Shown here one piece after another: positions 62,635 through 64,000 of a stretch of DNA of 64,000 bases. Numbering within the stretch: position 1 is the stretch's first letter; each line of letters opens with the position of its first letter. A model generated the notes under the pieces. That model did no database searches. It had not been told where the DNA came from and saw only the letters and a program-made list of their open reading frames with translations. This stretch comes from Bdellovibrionota bacterium (GTDB lineage Bacteria; Bdellovibrionota_C; UBA2361; JBIKWN01): assembly GCA_044356295.1 (NCBI GenBank), contig JBIKWN010000001.1, positions 61,434-125,433 of the forward strand. The letters run 5' to 3'. Both the position numbers and the translations under genes were made by a program.

Positions 62635-63477
62635 GTGAATAACTTACAGATAAGCCCCAAAAAACTTAATATTATCATTAAGTTAGTCTTATTTTTGGTC
62701 TGTCTATTACCTGTTGGCTACACGAAATTTGCATTTTCTGAAGTAGATCCAGCCGAAGCCATTAAAAATAAAGAGATAGGCTTTGAAACAGCTCTAGGTA
62801 CCAAGCTAGATACTCAGATACCTTTTACAGATGAAGATGGAAATCAGACATCTTTATCCTCTTTATTGAAACCAGCACAGCCAACTCTTTTTGTACCTAT
62901 GTACTTTAGCTGCCCAAGGCTTTGTGGGCTTCTTATGAATGGCTTCATAGAGCTTATTAGGAAACTTGACCTTAAGCAGGGCTCTGAATACAACGTTGTT
63001 ACTTTAAGTTTTGACCCAACTGAAGACTCAAAGTTAGCTAAAGATAAGCAACAAACAGTTCTAAAAGAAATTGATAGGTCAGACATTACTCCTAAAAGTT
63101 GGAGGTTTTTGACTGGTAAAGAGGAAAATATCAAGAAACTCCTTGATCAAGCAGGCTATAAATATAAGTTTGCAGAAGGGGAATACCTTCATTCCTCTGG
63201 TTTCTTTATATTGACCTCTGAGGGAGAAATCTCACAATATTTCACCGGAATAGATTTTTCTGCTTGGGATGTAAGACTTGCTATGGTTGAAGCATCTAAG
63301 GGTGGGATAGGAAGTGCTGTTGATCATATTTTGTTGTATTGCTACGACTTTGATCCTTCAAAGGGTAAATATACATTAACTGCATTTAATGTTCTGCGTT
63401 TCGGGACTCTTTTTGCTGTTATTCTTTTCTTCATTGTTGCCGTTAAGCTGTCAAGAAGGGTCGTCAAAAACAATTGA
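62635..63477 (+). CDS. SCO1/SenC-family copper chaperone (thioredoxin fold)
   Basis: CxxxC 'CPRLC' and a downstream conserved His ('YLHSSGFFILTSEGEI'). It sits immediately upstream of coxB. At 280 aa it is longer than typical Sco proteins because of an N-terminal extension. Confidence 0.55.
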   Translation: MNNLQISPKKLNIIIKLVLFLVCLLPVGYTKFAFSEVDPAEAIKNKEIGFETALGTKLDTQIPFTDEDGNQTSLSSLLKPAQPTLFVPMYFSCPRLCGLLMNGFIELIRKLDLKQGSEYNVVTLSFDPTEDSKLAKDKQQTVLKEIDRSDITPKSWRFLTGKEENIKKLLDQAGYKYKFAEGEYLHSSGFFILTSEGEISQYFTGIDFSAWDVRLAMVEASKGGIGSAVDHILLYCYDFDPSKGKYTLTAFNVLRFGTLFAVILFFIVAVKLSRRVVKNN

Positions 63478-63523
63478 TACATCTATAATAGTCGCTAAAT
63501 AAACTCAAAGGATTACTAAGTAA

Positions 63524-64000
63524 ACATGTTTCGTTTTTTACCTGAACAAGCCTCAAGTGTCGCCAGCGAAGTTGATTGGTTGCATAACATCATTACAGAC
63601 CTCTCGGTGTTCTTTACCGTGGCAATCGTCGGCACGATGCTCTACTTTGCATTTAAGTATCGCGCTAAAAATGGAGTTGATCACGCAACACCTAGAATCG
63701 AAGGTAGCCATTTTCTAGAGCTTGTTTGGACAATCGTTCCAACTCTTATATGTGTATTTGTTGGTACTTATGGAATTCTCATATTTAAAGACATGCGAAC
63801 TGTTGGAGAAAATCCAGTTGTTATTAACGTTACCGGAAAAAAATGGAACTGGACGTTCCAATATGAAAATGGAAAACAAATTGTTAGTGAAGCTGTAATC
63901 CCTGTAAACAGACCAGTTAAGTTTGTACTCACATCGAAAGATGTTTTGCATAGCTTCTTTGTTCCTGCAATGAGAGTGAAGAGTGATGCCATACCTCATC
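63524..64000 (+). CDS. coxB: Cytochrome c oxidase subunit II (3' end beyond the window)
   Basis: Translation 'MFRF...LELVWTIVP...WNWTFQY...DVLHSFFVPAMRVKSDAIP' carries COX2 signature segments. It runs off the window end. The gene is absent from the ORF track because it has no stop codon inside the window. Confidence 0.8.

Noticed and set aside
62635-63477. An alternative reading of the 280-aa protein as a generic thioredoxin-like lipoprotein rather than Sco.
   Set aside because: The CxxxC motif, the downstream conserved His in 'LHSSGFF', and its position immediately upstream of coxB favour SCO1/SenC. This reading was kept at moderate confidence.

Overview
This is a low-GC (roughly 40%), gene-dense chromosomal segment from a Gram-negative-type bacterium. 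Genes for outer-membrane efflux factors, the LPS heptose epimerase HldD, flgM and cytochrome oxidase point to that cell type. The replication-origin gene cluster dnaA-dnaN-recF-gyrB sits at about 41.6-48.3 kb. An AT-rich intergenic region between dnaA and dnaN carries DnaA-box-like motifs and is a candidate oriC. gyrA lies about 40 kb away on the opposite strand.

Most of the window is housekeeping: gpsA, pepA, rlmH, prfB with its classical +1 programmed frameshift, the phoH-pgpH-ybeY operon, alaS, hldD, trxB, atpB-atpE, glmU, panE, icd, ctaB and a partial coxB. Two efflux loci are present. One is an RND pump operon flanked by a signalling-type protein and an unknown protein translationally coupled to the pump. 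The other is a TetR-controlled locus with two ABC-type tripartite pumps (DevBCA-like and MacAB-like) sharing one outer-membrane factor.

The most unusual item is a 1782-aa ORF at 54920-60268 on the minus strand. It is a head-to-tail fusion of two complete, mutually divergent UvrA-like modules with four ABC ATPase domains in total. It sits in a tight five-gene same-strand cluster: a DtxR/MntR-family regulator, a YqeY protein, an SRPBCC-SDR fusion, the double UvrA and a large polytopic membrane protein.

Other observations are a degenerate copy of the glmU 5' end next to icd that contains a perfect 37-bp core, a GC-rich roughly 80-bp imperfect hairpin in the 34.3 kb intergenic region, an orphan minimal nucleotidyltransferase-fold gene, and several conserved-looking hypothetical proteins of about 466 aa. 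No rRNA, tRNA, CRISPR array, transposase or integrase was recognised. All calls rest on motif-level recognition of the supplied translations and the raw sequence; no database search was run.
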